Shown: positions 1-9,795, counted from the first letter of the stretch. The stretch is 64,000 nt of DNA from Kiritimatiellia bacterium (GCA_050949565.1 JBMNFY010000002.1:1-64000); one strand, 5' to 3'. Notes: generated from the sequence alone by a model not told the origin. Made by a program: numbers and translations.

Positions 1-49
1 TGCGCGGCGGTCTATGCGCGGGGGCGGCGAACCCCCAATCGGAGGTGGC

Positions 50-697
50 ATGGAGCAGATCATTCAGTGGGTAGTGAACACGGTGGGGCAGTGGGGCTAT
101 GCGGGCATCGTGATCATGATGTTTCTTGAGAGTTCCTGTTTCCCGTTCCCCAGCGAGGTTGTCATGATCCCGGCGGGCTACCTCTCGTCGCCCAACTACA
201 TACACTCCGAGGGTTATGTGGCGGGCCATGAGATGAATATCTGGGTGGCCATTGCGATGGGGATCATCGGCAGTTGGCTGGGAGCGCTGTTCAACTACTA
301 TCTCGCGTTGCTGCTGGGGCGCCCCCTCCTGTTGAAGTGGGGCAAATACTTTTTCATTTCCGAGGAGAATTTTGAGAAAGCCGAGCGCTTTTTTAAACGG
401 CACGGCGAGATCGGTATTTTCACCGCACGCCTGATTCCAGTTGTGCGGCAGTATGTGTCGCTGCCGGCGGGTCTCGTGCGGATGAACATGGCGCGCTTTC
501 TCTTCTATACTGGACTCGGTGCCGGGCTCTGGGTTTCAATCTTGGCCTGGATCGGTTACATCGCTGGTCAGAGTGAAGCGCTGTGGCGGCCGTACCTCAA
601 GAGGGCGACTGTCGCGGCCTTGGTGTTCTGCGTGGTTGTCGTGGCGGTGTATGTTCTTATACGCCGCGCGCGTGGCAAAAAAAGCGATGCGGTGTGA
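50..697 (+). CDS. dedA: DedA/VTT family membrane protein
   Basis: Motifs [12 protein letters not shown] and [18 protein letters not shown]; GGAGGT RBS at 41-46 before ATG 50. Confidence 0.92.
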   Translation: MEQIIQWVVNTVGQWGYAGIVIMMFLESSCFPFPSEVVMIPAGYLSSPNYIHSEGYVAGHEMNIWVAIAMGIIGSWLGALFNYYLALLLGRPLLLKWGKYFFISEENFEKAERFFKRHGEIGIFTARLIPVVRQYVSLPAGLVRMNMARFLFYTGLGAGLWVSILAWIGYIAGQSEALWRPYLKRATVAALVFCVVVVAVYVLIRRARGKKSDAV

Positions 698-702
698 GAC
701 CG

Positions 703-1278
703 ATGGGGGTGTGCGTGCGCGAACGGGAACAGGAGGCAACGCGTCGGGATGCGCTGGTTTGGTTGTTGCGGGCCGGCGCGGGCGCTGTGGTGGCGTCGTT
801 CGCGGCCAAAGCTGCGCAGCGACCAACCGCGGACCGCACGGTATGGCAGATCGATCCGCGCGCATGCATCCAGTGCGGCCGTTGCGAAACCGAGTGCGTG
901 CTGCACCCATCGGCGGTTAAATGTGTGCACGGTTACGCGATGTGCGGTTACTGCAAGCTCTGCTTCGGTTATTTCAAGTCCGATGCCGCGCGTCTCGACG
1001 AGGCCGCTGAAAACCAGATCTGTCCGACCGGTGCGATCTCCCGCGTCTTTATCGAAGATCCCTACTTCGAGTATCATATCGACGAGTCGCTCTGCACGGG
1101 ATGCGGGCTTTGCGTCAAGGGCTGCACCCACTTCGGCAACGGGTCGCTCTATCTCCAGATCCGACATGACCGTTGTACCAACTGCAACGCCTGCCGCATC
1201 GCAGAGAAGTGCCCTGCGCAGGCGATCTCCCGTGTGCCGGCCTCCCGTCCTTACCTGCTGAAAGAGAGCCTTTGCTAA
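703..1278 (+). CDS. 4Fe-4S ferredoxin with twin-arginine-like N-terminus
   Basis: TRRDAL followed by a hydrophobic segment; several CxxCxxC clusters (CIQCGRC, CGYCKLC, CTGCGLC, CTNCNAC). ATG 703 chosen so it does not overlap dedA. Confidence 0.85.
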   Translation: MGVCVREREQEATRRDALVWLLRAGAGAVVASFAAKAAQRPTADRTVWQIDPRACIQCGRCETECVLHPSAVKCVHGYAMCGYCKLCFGYFKSDAARLDEAAENQICPTGAISRVFIEDPYFEYHIDESLCTGCGLCVKGCTHFGNGSLYLQIRHDRCTNCNACRIAEKCPAQAISRVPASRPYLLKESLC

Positions 1279-2702
1279 CCCGGCCACACATAGTCTTACG
1301 TTTCATATGGCGCCTACAAATGCGCGACGACCGGGCTCGCGGAGCGCCGGGAGGGGCAAGCGTCTGCTTGCCTGCGGACGAGCAGACGCTCGTCCCTCCC
1401 ATCCTGCGGGCAAAACAAAAGGTCTGTGCAAATCTTGTGTGGGTCCCTGCGGCCACCACGGTCGCGGCATCACGTTTTCCGCAGCCTCAATTTGAGTCGG
1501 GGCACACCGTGCCGCAGACGGTGCATCCGCCCTTTGAGGCATTGGTCCCCGCTTGGGCCGATGTGCTGATCTTGGCGCTTGCGCTGGCTGTGACGGTGTG
1601 GCTGGCGCATCGGGTGCGTTCACGCCGTTGGCTGCTGGTGTTCTCTCTGGTTTGTCTGGCGTGGTTCGGGTTTATCAGGCAGGGATGTATCTGTCCCGTC
1701 GGCGCGGTTCAGAATGTTGCGGTGGCGGCGTGGTCAGGTGGCGGCCTGCCGTGGAGCGTGGCGGCGCTCTTCGCGTTGCCGCTTTTGACGGCGCTACTGT
1801 TCGGGCGTGTTTTCTGTGGCGCGGTGTGTCCGTTGGGCGCGCTTCAGGATCTGTTTATCATCACGCCGCAGCGCGTGCCGCGCAGCGTGGATGCCGTGCT
1901 GCGGCTGGTGCCGCCCGCTGTGCTCGCGGTCGGACTGGTCTACGCGATCAATGGCGCTGGTTATCTGATCTGTCGCACCGACCCGTTTGTCGGTCTCTTC
2001 CGGCGCAGTGCGCCGATGCCGATGTTCCTGACCGGTGCGGCGGTGCTACTGGTAGGCATGGTGGTGGCGCGGCCCTACTGCCGCTACTTCTGTCCGTATG
2101 GGGTGCTGCTGGAGTGGTGCTCGCGTCTCGCGTGGCGACCGTTCGCTATCACTGCGCACGAGTGTATCAACTGTCGGCTGTGCGTGGGAACCTGTCCGGT
2201 CGATGCCATCACGGTGCCGCGTCCGGCACTGAGCGACACCGCGCGGAGCGGGTTATTCCGGCGTTTCGTCCTGATGCTGATGCTGGCACCTCTGGTGGTG
2301 GCGGGCTGCGCCGCTGCAGGTTGGCTGCTCGGTGCGCAAGCGGCGCGCGCGCATCCGTCTGTGATCGTCGCAGAGCGGTTGGCACAAACGCCCGAGTCCG
2401 AGATGGACCTGCATCCTGAAATCGAAGCGTTCAAACGGACCGGGCGCACGCCGGAACAGGCTGCGGCTGAGGCCGCCGTGACGGTCGCGCACTTCCGGCG
2501 CGGCTGCGCGTGGGCGGGCGCGTTCGTGGGCGCGATCATGGCGTTGCGCCTGTTGGGCATGACGCGCTTGCAGCGCCGGACGCTGCACGAGGCCGACCGC
2601 GAGCGCTGCATTGTGTGTGGCCGCTGCTTCGCGGCTTGTCCGAAGAACGTTCAACGTTCAACTTCCAACGCTCAACTTTCAAATCAAAAAGGGGATACAT
2701 GA
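1272..2702 (+). CDS. Membrane-bound 4Fe-4S-binding protein (NosR/NapH-like polyferredoxin)
   Basis: CxCP, GRVFCGAVCPLG and RPYCRYFCPYG motifs, two ferredoxin motifs, many TM helices. Start uncertain: TTG 1272 (overlapping the upstream stop) or ATG 1320. Confidence 0.82.
   Translation: MLTRPHIVLRFIWRLQMRDDRARGAPGGASVCLPADEQTLVPPILRAKQKVCANLVWVPAATTVAASRFPQPQFESGHTVPQTVHPPFEALVPAWADVLILALALAVTVWLAHRVRSRRWLLVFSLVCLAWFGFIRQGCICPVGAVQNVAVAAWSGGGLPWSVAALFALPLLTALLFGRVFCGAVCPLGALQDLFIITPQRVPRSVDAVLRLVPPAVLAVGLVYAINGAGYLICRTDPFVGLFRRSAPMPMFLTGAAVLLVGMVVARPYCRYFCPYGVLLEWCSRLAWRPFAITAHECINCRLCVGTCPVDAITVPRPALSDTARSGLFRRFVLMLMLAPLVVAGCAAAGWLLGAQAARAHPSVIVAERLAQTPESEMDLHPEIEAFKRTGRTPEQAAAEAAVTVAHFRRGCAWAGAFVGAIMALRLLGMTRLQRRTLHEADRERCIVCGRCFAACPKNVQRSTSNAQLSNQKGDT
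1349..1400. repeat. REP-like double palindrome (GGGAGGG family)
   Basis: gggaggggcaagcgtctgcttgc...ggacgagcagacgctcgtccctccc; near-identical inverted copy at 20083-20133 and half copy at 13278-13302. Confidence 0.85.
2646..2680. repeat. Heptamer tandem repeat (AACGTTC-like) x5
   Basis: aacgttc aacgttc aacttcc aacgctc aactttc; related arrays near 13200-13240, 45590-45612 and 58381-58462. Confidence 0.8.
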
Positions 2703-5521
2703 TGAAACAGAGATTCGGGATCGGAGTGGTTTTGCTGATGGCGACGATGACGGCGTTCGGCGCAGAGCTGACGGCGTTACCGACGGACGGTAAAGAGTGG
2801 TTCAGTAATCCGCTGACATGGCGTTTCCAGTCGGGCGAGATCGTGAACCCCTCTACCAACGGGCACGGCATCGCCGTGTATGAGGCGGCACCGCTCGCCG
2901 CCGATGTCACGGTCGAAGCGCTCTTCACGCCGCAAAAGGCACAGAGTATCGGATGGGATGTCGCTGCGGTGGCGATCGTAGCAGATGATCAAAACTTCTG
3001 GCACTTGGCGCTGGTGCAGATGCCGCCGGAGCACAACCTGCGACCGATGGTGGAACTGTGCGAGATGCGCGACGGCGAGTGGTTGGCGCAGCACAACCTG
3101 AAGATGGAGATCAATGAAGCGCCAGCGGTGCCGTGGGTGTTTGGCCAGCCGCACCGCCTGCGAATCAGCATGGATGCGAAGGGCGTCACCGGCACGATCC
3201 TCGCACCGGACGGGCGCTTGATCCTGCGCCGGCGCTTTGCCTTCACGGCGGCGGCGGTGTGCGCCGGCCGTCCCGCGCTGCGAGTGTCGGGCATTGCCGG
3301 TGCTTTCAAGGAGATACGTGCGTCATGGTCGCAGCCCGTGGCTGAGAAGGTTGCGGCGCCGCAGCCGATCCCGCCGTTCGAGGTGGCGAACGGCGTGTCC
3401 GACGTGCGGGACGAGGCGACCGGATTTTTCCGCGTGGTCAAAAAGCCGGACGGGCGCTGGTGGGCGATCGACCCGCTGGGACGCGGTCTGGTGCTGCTGG
3501 GCGTGGATCACGTTTCCTATCACGGTCACTGGTGTGAGAAGCTGGGCTACGCGCCCTATGGCCGTAAAAACAAGGAGAAGTATGCCGATCAGGCCGAGTG
3601 GGAACAAGAGACGCTAGGCCGTCTGAAGCAGTGGGGGTTCAATATGCTCGGGGCGGGCTGTTCGCATGGACTCAAGCACCGCGGGCTGATACACACCGAG
3701 TTTCTCAATATCGGTTCGCACTTGGCGACGCTGGATGACGAGTATGAGATCACGCCGAACGAACGGCGTCCGTGCTCGGCCTTCCCGAATGTCTTTCATC
3801 CGGAGTTCGAGGCTTACTGCCAGTATGTGGCGCGGACCCGCTGTTTGCCGCACCGCGACGATCCTTGGCTGTTCGGCTACTTCATCGACAACGAGCTGGC
3901 GTGGTGGGGACGCGGTACGCAGGATACCGGTCTTTTCGACGCTACGATGAAAAAAGGCCGGGAGCATACGGCCAAGCGCGCATTGGTGGCGTTGATGTCC
4001 GCGCGTTTCGGCGGTAAGATCGCGGACTTCAACGCGGCGTTCGGCACACAGGCCAAGAGCTTTGACGAGCTACTCGGTTTTGAGCAGTTGCCGCATCCGA
4101 CCGATGCAGCGCGCGCGGCGAAACTGGCGTTTTTGGTACACACGGCAGAGCGCTATTTCTCCCTCACGGCGCGCGCGATCCGCGCGGTCGATCCGAACCA
4201 CTTGGTATTGGGCGCACGTTTTGCCGGCACGGGCGGTGCGCATCCCGAGGTGTGGAAGGTTGCGGGTAAGTTCTGTGATGTCGTGACCTTCAATGTCTAT
4301 CCAATGGCGGATATCGATGAAGGGCGCGTCTACACGCATCTGGGGCGGGGGGGCGAACCGGTGTCCGAGCACTTCCAGAAGTTCTATGACTATGTCCGGC
4401 GGCCGATGCTGATTACCGAGTGGTCGTTCCCCGCGCTCGATGCTGGCGTGCCGAGCGTACACGGTGCGGGACAGCGTTTCCGCACACAGGCTGAGCGCAC
4501 GCGGGCGACGAGCCTTTTCGCGCGCACGATGCTGAGCCTGCCGTTCCTGCTGGGCTACGACTATTTCATGTGGGTGGATCAGCCCGCGCTGGGCATCAGC
4601 ACGCCCTTTCCGGAGGACTCCAACTACGGGCTCGTGACCGAGGATGGCGTGCCGCATCCGCTGATTACCGAGATGTTCACGGGGTTGCACCGCGAGGCAG
4701 CGGCATGGCGTTTTCGTCCGGAGCCCGCGCCCAAGACGATCACGCGCCCGCCGCCGCAACCGCCGCTGCAGGTGGCGCGTCGCGGTCGTGTCGGCGAGGT
4801 TCCCGCGACATTCACGCGCGAGGGTGACGCCTTCCGAGCAAGCAATGGACGCATCACGCTGAGCGGGCGCGTGGGCGGTCGACGGATGGTGGAGAGCGTG
4901 ACGCTGGACGGCAACGAGACGCCATTCGGCAACTACACGGCCATGCTGCTGACGCTTGACGCGGGCGGACAGCCCCGCTGGACCGACATCCACACCGTGC
5001 GCACGGTGGAAGGTCGGGTCGAGGAAGGCATTGCCGTGATTGAGATCACCGGCGACGGGGCGCACAGTGGCGACCGCATGGCAACCACGCACCGGCTCTA
5101 TCTGCCGCCGGGCGTACCGTGGTTTGTCGCGGAGGCGGTCAGTGCGCACAACACGGGAGAGCGCCCGTTGCAACTCAAGGGCTTCTTTTTCCGTCTCTAC
5201 AACGAATTCCGCAAGACACCGGAGAAACTGCCGCCCAATCTGTGGGGCGTGCCGCCTTCAGGCTGCTGGATGGAAGCGGAGAGCGGTCGGTTTTTCGGTG
5301 CCGTCGCACCGATGAACGCGGGTGTGGGCGTCCATTTCTGGCTCAATCCACAGGGAGGGCAGCATCCCGACGCACGGCTGGAACTGAAAGAGGCGGTGAC
5401 GGTCGCGCCGGGCGAGAGCTTTGTTCTGCAACAGCCGGCCTACGTGATTGCGCTGACCGGCCAGGGCGACAGTCGCGTGTGGCTGGAAACTGCCACGAAG
5501 TTAGGCACGCTGATGCAGTAG
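2699..5521 (+). CDS. Secreted clan GH-A glycoside hydrolase (GH50/beta-agarase-like) with N-terminal lectin-like domain
   Basis: Signal peptide; ATGFFRV..GRWW.IDP.G, WLFGYFIDNEL, DPNHL.LG.RF and ITEWSF motifs; ATGA overlap with the upstream gene. Confidence 0.75.
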   Translation: MMKQRFGIGVVLLMATMTAFGAELTALPTDGKEWFSNPLTWRFQSGEIVNPSTNGHGIAVYEAAPLAADVTVEALFTPQKAQSIGWDVAAVAIVADDQNFWHLALVQMPPEHNLRPMVELCEMRDGEWLAQHNLKMEINEAPAVPWVFGQPHRLRISMDAKGVTGTILAPDGRLILRRRFAFTAAAVCAGRPALRVSGIAGAFKEIRASWSQPVAEKVAAPQPIPPFEVANGVSDVRDEATGFFRVVKKPDGRWWAIDPLGRGLVLLGVDHVSYHGHWCEKLGYAPYGRKNKEKYADQAEWEQETLGRLKQWGFNMLGAGCSHGLKHRGLIHTEFLNIGSHLATLDDEYEITPNERRPCSAFPNVFHPEFEAYCQYVARTRCLPHRDDPWLFGYFIDNELAWWGRGTQDTGLFDATMKKGREHTAKRALVALMSARFGGKIADFNAAFGTQAKSFDELLGFEQLPHPTDAARAAKLAFLVHTAERYFSLTARAIRAVDPNHLVLGARFAGTGGAHPEVWKVAGKFCDVVTFNVYPMADIDEGRVYTHLGRGGEPVSEHFQKFYDYVRRPMLITEWSFPALDAGVPSVHGAGQRFRTQAERTRATSLFARTMLSLPFLLGYDYFMWVDQPALGISTPFPEDSNYGLVTEDGVPHPLITEMFTGLHREAAAWRFRPEPAPKTITRPPPQPPLQVARRGRVGEVPATFTREGDAFRASNGRITLSGRVGGRRMVESVTLDGNETPFGNYTAMLLTLDAGGQPRWTDIHTVRTVEGRVEEGIAVIEITGDGAHSGDRMATTHRLYLPPGVPWFVAEAVSAHNTGERPLQLKGFFFRLYNEFRKTPEKLPPNLWGVPPSGCWMEAESGRFFGAVAPMNAGVGVHFWLNPQGGQHPDARLELKEAVTVAPGESFVLQQPAYVIALTGQGDSRVWLETATKLGTLMQ

Positions 5522-5538
5522 TGCATTGGTGCAATGCA

Positions 5539-6042
5539 ATGAACGCAAATGACATCAAGAAAGCGAAGAAGATCAAAGGATGCTTAGTGGCAATCGCTAC
5601 AGGGCTAGGACTTCTTGCCTTGCTGGCGCTGTTCTACCCCAGAAACGATACGCTAATGGTGCGTTGTGTCTCTGCGGCAACCTGTCTTGCGGCCGCAGTT
5701 ATGTGGCTTTTGCCAACACTGCCGCGACTGACATTCTCACGCTGTCTCGATATACTCGTCGCAATAAATATCCTGTTGCTGATCGGGTGGGGACAGATTG
5801 AGAGGGTCCTCTATCGTGTAAAATGGCACACGATATATGAAGAGGTCGGTCGCATGTCGAAGGCATCCTCTTTTGACTTCGTTCTATTCGGGGCCACTTT
5901 GAGCCAGACTCTACGCAGCGGAATGATACTCTGGATTGGTGTTGGGGCTATCTGGTTGCTCAACATTCTTGCTCTGATGTACTTGGCACAAACCTTGAAA
6001 GGCAAAGAGGCGAACCAGTCGCATGAGTGTACGCGCAACTAG
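5539..6042 (+). CDS. Hypothetical membrane protein (about 167 aa, about 4 TM)
   Basis: AT-richer ORF from MNANDIKK with several hydrophobic segments. Confidence 0.6.
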   Translation: MNANDIKKAKKIKGCLVAIATGLGLLALLALFYPRNDTLMVRCVSAATCLAAAVMWLLPTLPRLTFSRCLDILVAINILLLIGWGQIERVLYRVKWHTIYEEVGRMSKASSFDFVLFGATLSQTLRSGMILWIGVGAIWLLNILALMYLAQTLKGKEANQSHECTRN

Positions 6043-6138
6043 CCCGGCCACGATTTATACTGCACGAGCGGCATGAAACAAAGCCATGGCTTTCCGTATT
6101 CTGTGTTCCGTGGTTAAGCAATCGATCCCGATTTGGAT

Positions 6139-6332
6139 GAAACCATGAAACTGAAACTTCATGAAAGGCAGGGGCATCTTGGTGTTCTTATTTCAACTCT
6201 CAAGTGGCGCGGCTCGCAGGGACGCCCACCTTCCCAAAACCTTCGCCCTCGTTACTTACGGGATATGCGCAAACGGAGAATGGCATGACTGGTCTGTCAG
6301 AATTTTGGGTTGCGGGCTGCGTCCGTATTTTA
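6139..6332. repeat. Degenerate copies of dispersed intergenic repeats
   Basis: aaccatgaaac..gaaacttcatgaaa..ggggcatcttgg matches the reverse complement of about 45618-45670; cggctcgcagggacgccc matches the reverse complement of about 13117-13139; gggttgcgggct matches 20236 and 58326-58358. Confidence 0.6.
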
Positions 6333-6359
6333 ACGCAGAGGCGCTGTAGGGTAAAAGCT

Positions 6360-6725
6360 ATGCATGCCAGAATGATCGCTGTTGTTTCACTGTGGTGCTT
6401 GTGTTGTACGGCCTCTCCCGGCGCAGACGTGTTGGATTTGATCGGCCGCCCGGCAGACTTGCGCACATTACAAGAAATGTGGCCTTCGAATAGCGTCTAC
6501 TGTGCCTATACCAAGGAGACGATATTGCTTGAACACGGGAATGAAGAGGTCGTGTATAAGCGATATGTCGTTGATGAACTTGGGACGAATCCGGGGGTCT
6601 TGCCCGGCGAAACTTGCGACTATATCCGTCCGCTTCTGCAATACCACGTCAGGGGTGTCGGCACGAACAGCTTGAGTACCGTCGAGGCGATAGAGGTGTA
6701 TGAGTACGCTGAAGGCATGCGTTGA
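6360..6725 (+). CDS. Hypothetical exported protein
   Basis: Signal-peptide-like N-terminus (MHARMIAVVSLWCLCCTASPGA); lower GC; may be the 5' part of a frameshifted gene continuing in 6722-7633. Confidence 0.5.
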   Translation: MHARMIAVVSLWCLCCTASPGADVLDLIGRPADLRTLQEMWPSNSVYCAYTKETILLEHGNEEVVYKRYVVDELGTNPGVLPGETCDYIRPLLQYHVRGVGTNSLSTVEAIEVYEYAEGMR

Positions 6726-7633
6726 TTAGGCCGGTGTGCAAGGCTCTCGGAGTGGCGGTTTTGCCGTTTCATAGGGCTGTCGCGATTGCGCCTGACCAAA
6801 TGTGGAAAGGGATCGAGGACAATTACTTACGGATGGACGCCAGATCCGATAAGCACGGTGACATGACGGTAATCTACCACTACTATGAGACCAATCTGAT
6901 TTCCATCACGGCTTTCCCAAAAAGAGTGGGCATAGAAAGAAAAGGGAACGCCGGATGTAAACGCAACGCTATGGATTCGCCATGCGAAGAAAACGGCGTG
7001 CTTGACCTGCAAGGTATCCGGCTCCATGCAACGAATTTACTTGAGTCGGAGGCGGATAAAACCATGTGCAAGGATTTCCACACATGGAGTGATAAAGGCC
7101 AAAAGAGGTTCTTACAGGCCATCGAGAAAATAAAAGAAAGATCAAAGGAGGGAGCACCGATTTATGCACAAATGTCCCGGCTGGGTCTTGCGGCCTCAAA
7201 GGAAGTACGGATAAAAAAACGCCCTACATCTTGGGACGAGAGGGGTTGTTCAACCGCTGACAACGGGATACAAGTTGTGACCTTGGTGCACCACGCGTCG
7301 ATCAATTACGAAACCATATGGGCTCTTTTTATTGACCGGAGCATTTTGGCGGATATCGATGAAGTGATGTTCCCCAACGTAGGGAAGTTGCCAGAATCCG
7401 TGCATGACTGCCGGAGGCGCATGAAAGTTCTCGGAGAAATCACTAATTTTGCAGGGACGCGTAGCGTAGTGTTTGGTGATCCCAATCTGGCGATCCTGTA
7501 TGAAAAAGGGAAATTACGTTATGCGTTGTACGGGATGTACTATGGCGATAGGCGGTTGTGGGAAATGCTCAGTATCTCGGGTGAACTTCTCGACATACAG
7601 GGCGGACACCAATACGTTAGGTGGCGTCTCTAA
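6722..7633 (+). CDS. Hypothetical protein
   Basis: 303-aa ORF in AT-richer DNA; TTGA overlap with the preceding ORF. Confidence 0.55.
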   Translation: MIRPVCKALGVAVLPFHRAVAIAPDQMWKGIEDNYLRMDARSDKHGDMTVIYHYYETNLISITAFPKRVGIERKGNAGCKRNAMDSPCEENGVLDLQGIRLHATNLLESEADKTMCKDFHTWSDKGQKRFLQAIEKIKERSKEGAPIYAQMSRLGLAASKEVRIKKRPTSWDERGCSTADNGIQVVTLVHHASINYETIWALFIDRSILADIDEVMFPNVGKLPESVHDCRRRMKVLGEITNFAGTRSVVFGDPNLAILYEKGKLRYALYGMYYGDRRLWEMLSISGELLDIQGGHQYVRWRL

Positions 7634-7674
7634 ACGGCGATGTGGAGTCAAAGCGCTGTAGACATCATGCCTCG

Positions 7675-7705
7675 GCGCCATCAATGTCTCGACGGCGGTA
7701 CGGGC
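7675..7705. repeat. 31-bp perfect direct repeat, copy 1 (duplicate of gpsA 3' segment)
   Basis: gcgccatcaatgtctcgacggcggtacgggc, identical to 9819-9849. Confidence 0.95.
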
Positions 7706-7755
7706 ATGGTTGTGCTCCAAGCTTCGCGTCCCTGCGTGAAAAAAGCGGGGCTTTG

Positions 7756-9792
7756 TTAATCCGGCATCGCGGCGTCGTTCACGATGATGCGGCAAAGGTG
7801 GACATCGCTGGGTGCTCCCGTCGCAAAGGAGGGCAGCCGGGCTTGCGTAACGGGGACAAGACGGCACCAGGATTTGGCCTTGTCGTAGTGCTGCATGCAG
7901 TAGGCGTGCTGCGAGTCGATGAGGGCGAAGAGCGGCGTGTCTGGCGATGACTTCCGCAGTTCCTTCACGATGGGGATGGGGTCGCTGTTGCAGGGGAAAG
8001 TCGTCGCCGTCTTGATGGGATACGCCAGAAAGAGTTGGTTGGACCGCTCGCCGATTACGACGGCGTCTTTGGGTATCCGGGCGGCCAGATCTTTCACGAC
8101 TGTGCGCTGGACATGCGTTCCCTTCGTGAAAAGCTCGTCAAAGGCCTGTTGCCAGTTCGGACTTCCAAGCGTGTAGCTGACAAAAAAAACGACGATGAAC
8201 AGCGAAGCTACTCGGTGGTTCGACATGAGGGTCGGCGCGGCGTGAATCCCGTACAGAAGGACAAGCCCCATGAACAGTACAAGACAGACGAGCCCCATCC
8301 CGATTGCGGGCTCGCCGCGTAAGTACGGCGCAAGATAGACGGCGGGAAGCATGGAGAAGCAGATGGCCGTGCAGCCTAAGGCGGACACAAGGAACACGAC
8401 AAGGCTCTGCGCTCGCCAGACTTTCCAGCGGATGAGCATGTAACCGGCCGCGATGGGGAGGAAGATGACGAGGATGCGCTTCCAAGTGAAGAACCAGACA
8501 TTCTGCTTCGGCATGTTGTAGATCTTCGAGTAGAACGACTGGACGTCCTGCGGTGGTGGCACATGGGCGGAAAGGAGAGAACAGGCGATGGCACAGATCC
8601 CTGCGGCGAGGAGCACCCAGCCGACTGTTCGGACGGGTGCGAATTTGTCGGGCTTCTCAGCATCCTCTCGCAGGTCATCCATGGCTTCGACCAACAGCAC
8701 CGGAATGAAGTAGAGCACTGGAATGAAATAGTGGGTGTAGAGCGTATTCATGACCGACATGGCGGCGACGTATGCAGGAATCATCAGATAAAGGAGCAAC
8801 CGCGGATGAAAACGCCGGTGCGCGACCGCCTCCCGGAGTCCTTTGAGTAGCAGGGAAAGCGGCAGGACCACAAGACCAATCACCCAAGGCCCTAGCATTG
8901 TGTTCGACGGAGTGCGGGGAAAAGCGGAGAGGCCCTTCAATAGGCCGGCGATATCCGTGAGTTTCGGAAGCGGATAGTGCGTCGTCGTCCGGCGGATGAG
9001 TTCGTGTGCCGACACCCCCTGCGCAGCCGCTTCGCCCGCCACCGAAAGATGGACGCCGAGCCTGAACAGGAAGAGGAACCCCGCCGATCCCAAAACGAAA
9101 AGCGCGAGGTCTAGGTACCAAGCCTTGAGTTTGGGCCGAGAGAGGACACCGGCGGCGATCAAGGGGAGCAGGACGAAGACTGAGGGTTTCACCAAGACGA
9201 TAGACGCTCCAATCGCAGCGGCTAGAACTATGGAGCGCCATGTTTTTCCCAGTGCGGCGGCGACGTAGGCTAGGACTGCCAAGGCGCCGATGAGCGCATC
9301 GTTGCTTGCCGTCCGCTCGTAGGCGAGTAGCATCGGGGTCAGCGACAGGGTTCCGCAGATGAGTAGCGCGGAGAGCGGAGACGTTTTTTTCGCGACAAAG
9401 ACATACAGGGCGCACCAGGCTAGGCCGCCGAGCAGGATGAACGGAATGCGGAACGCCCAGTCCGACAGTCCGAAGCACGAAAGAGCCAGATAGGCTAGCC
9501 AATGCGTACCCGGAGAAAAGCCATACGTGAAGGCTTCGGTGCGGGTGAGGTCGACAAAATCCCCGTAGAGGAGCTTCTCCTTGCCCCCGTCCAGATAGTA
9601 GCCCTCGTCGGTGACGAAGTACCCGTACTCCCACATCGCCGGAACGCCCCCGTCGCACGTAATCCAGCCGATTCGAGGTATGCCCCAGAGCAACAGAAAG
9701 GCGAGGAACGGAAGGCAGGCCCGCAGATGACGCGCAAGTCGTTGCACGGAGGATGAACGCGCCTCGATCAGGTGATGTCGTATCTGGCTCAT
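7756..9792 (-). CDS. Multi-TM glycosyltransferase (ArnT/PMT, GT-C fold-like)
   Basis: N-terminal TDEGYY motif after the first TM helix; more than 12 TM segments; LVKPS motif. Confidence 0.7.
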   Translation of the reverse strand: MSQIRHHLIEARSSSVQRLARHLRACLPFLAFLLLWGIPRIGWITCDGGVPAMWEYGYFVTDEGYYLDGGKEKLLYGDFVDLTRTEAFTYGFSPGTHWLAYLALSCFGLSDWAFRIPFILLGGLAWCALYVFVAKKTSPLSALLICGTLSLTPMLLAYERTASNDALIGALAVLAYVAAALGKTWRSIVLAAAIGASIVLVKPSVFVLLPLIAAGVLSRPKLKAWYLDLALFVLGSAGFLFLFRLGVHLSVAGEAAAQGVSAHELIRRTTTHYPLPKLTDIAGLLKGLSAFPRTPSNTMLGPWVIGLVVLPLSLLLKGLREAVAHRRFHPRLLLYLMIPAYVAAMSVMNTLYTHYFIPVLYFIPVLLVEAMDDLREDAEKPDKFAPVRTVGWVLLAAGICAIACSLLSAHVPPPQDVQSFYSKIYNMPKQNVWFFTWKRILVIFLPIAAGYMLIRWKVWRAQSLVVFLVSALGCTAICFSMLPAVYLAPYLRGEPAIGMGLVCLVLFMGLVLLYGIHAAPTLMSNHRVASLFIVVFFVSYTLGSPNWQQAFDELFTKGTHVQRTVVKDLAARIPKDAVVIGERSNQLFLAYPIKTATTFPCNSDPIPIVKELRKSSPDTPLFALIDSQHAYCMQHYDKAKSWCRLVPVTQARLPSFATGAPSDVHLCRIIVNDAAMPD

Positions 9793-9795
9793 GGC

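Noticed and set aside
6008-6120. Integron attC site after the 5539-6042 ORF (GGCGAACCAGTCG)
   Set aside because: Only a left-end-like motif; no complementary GTTCG right end or paired L boxes were found, and there is no intI.
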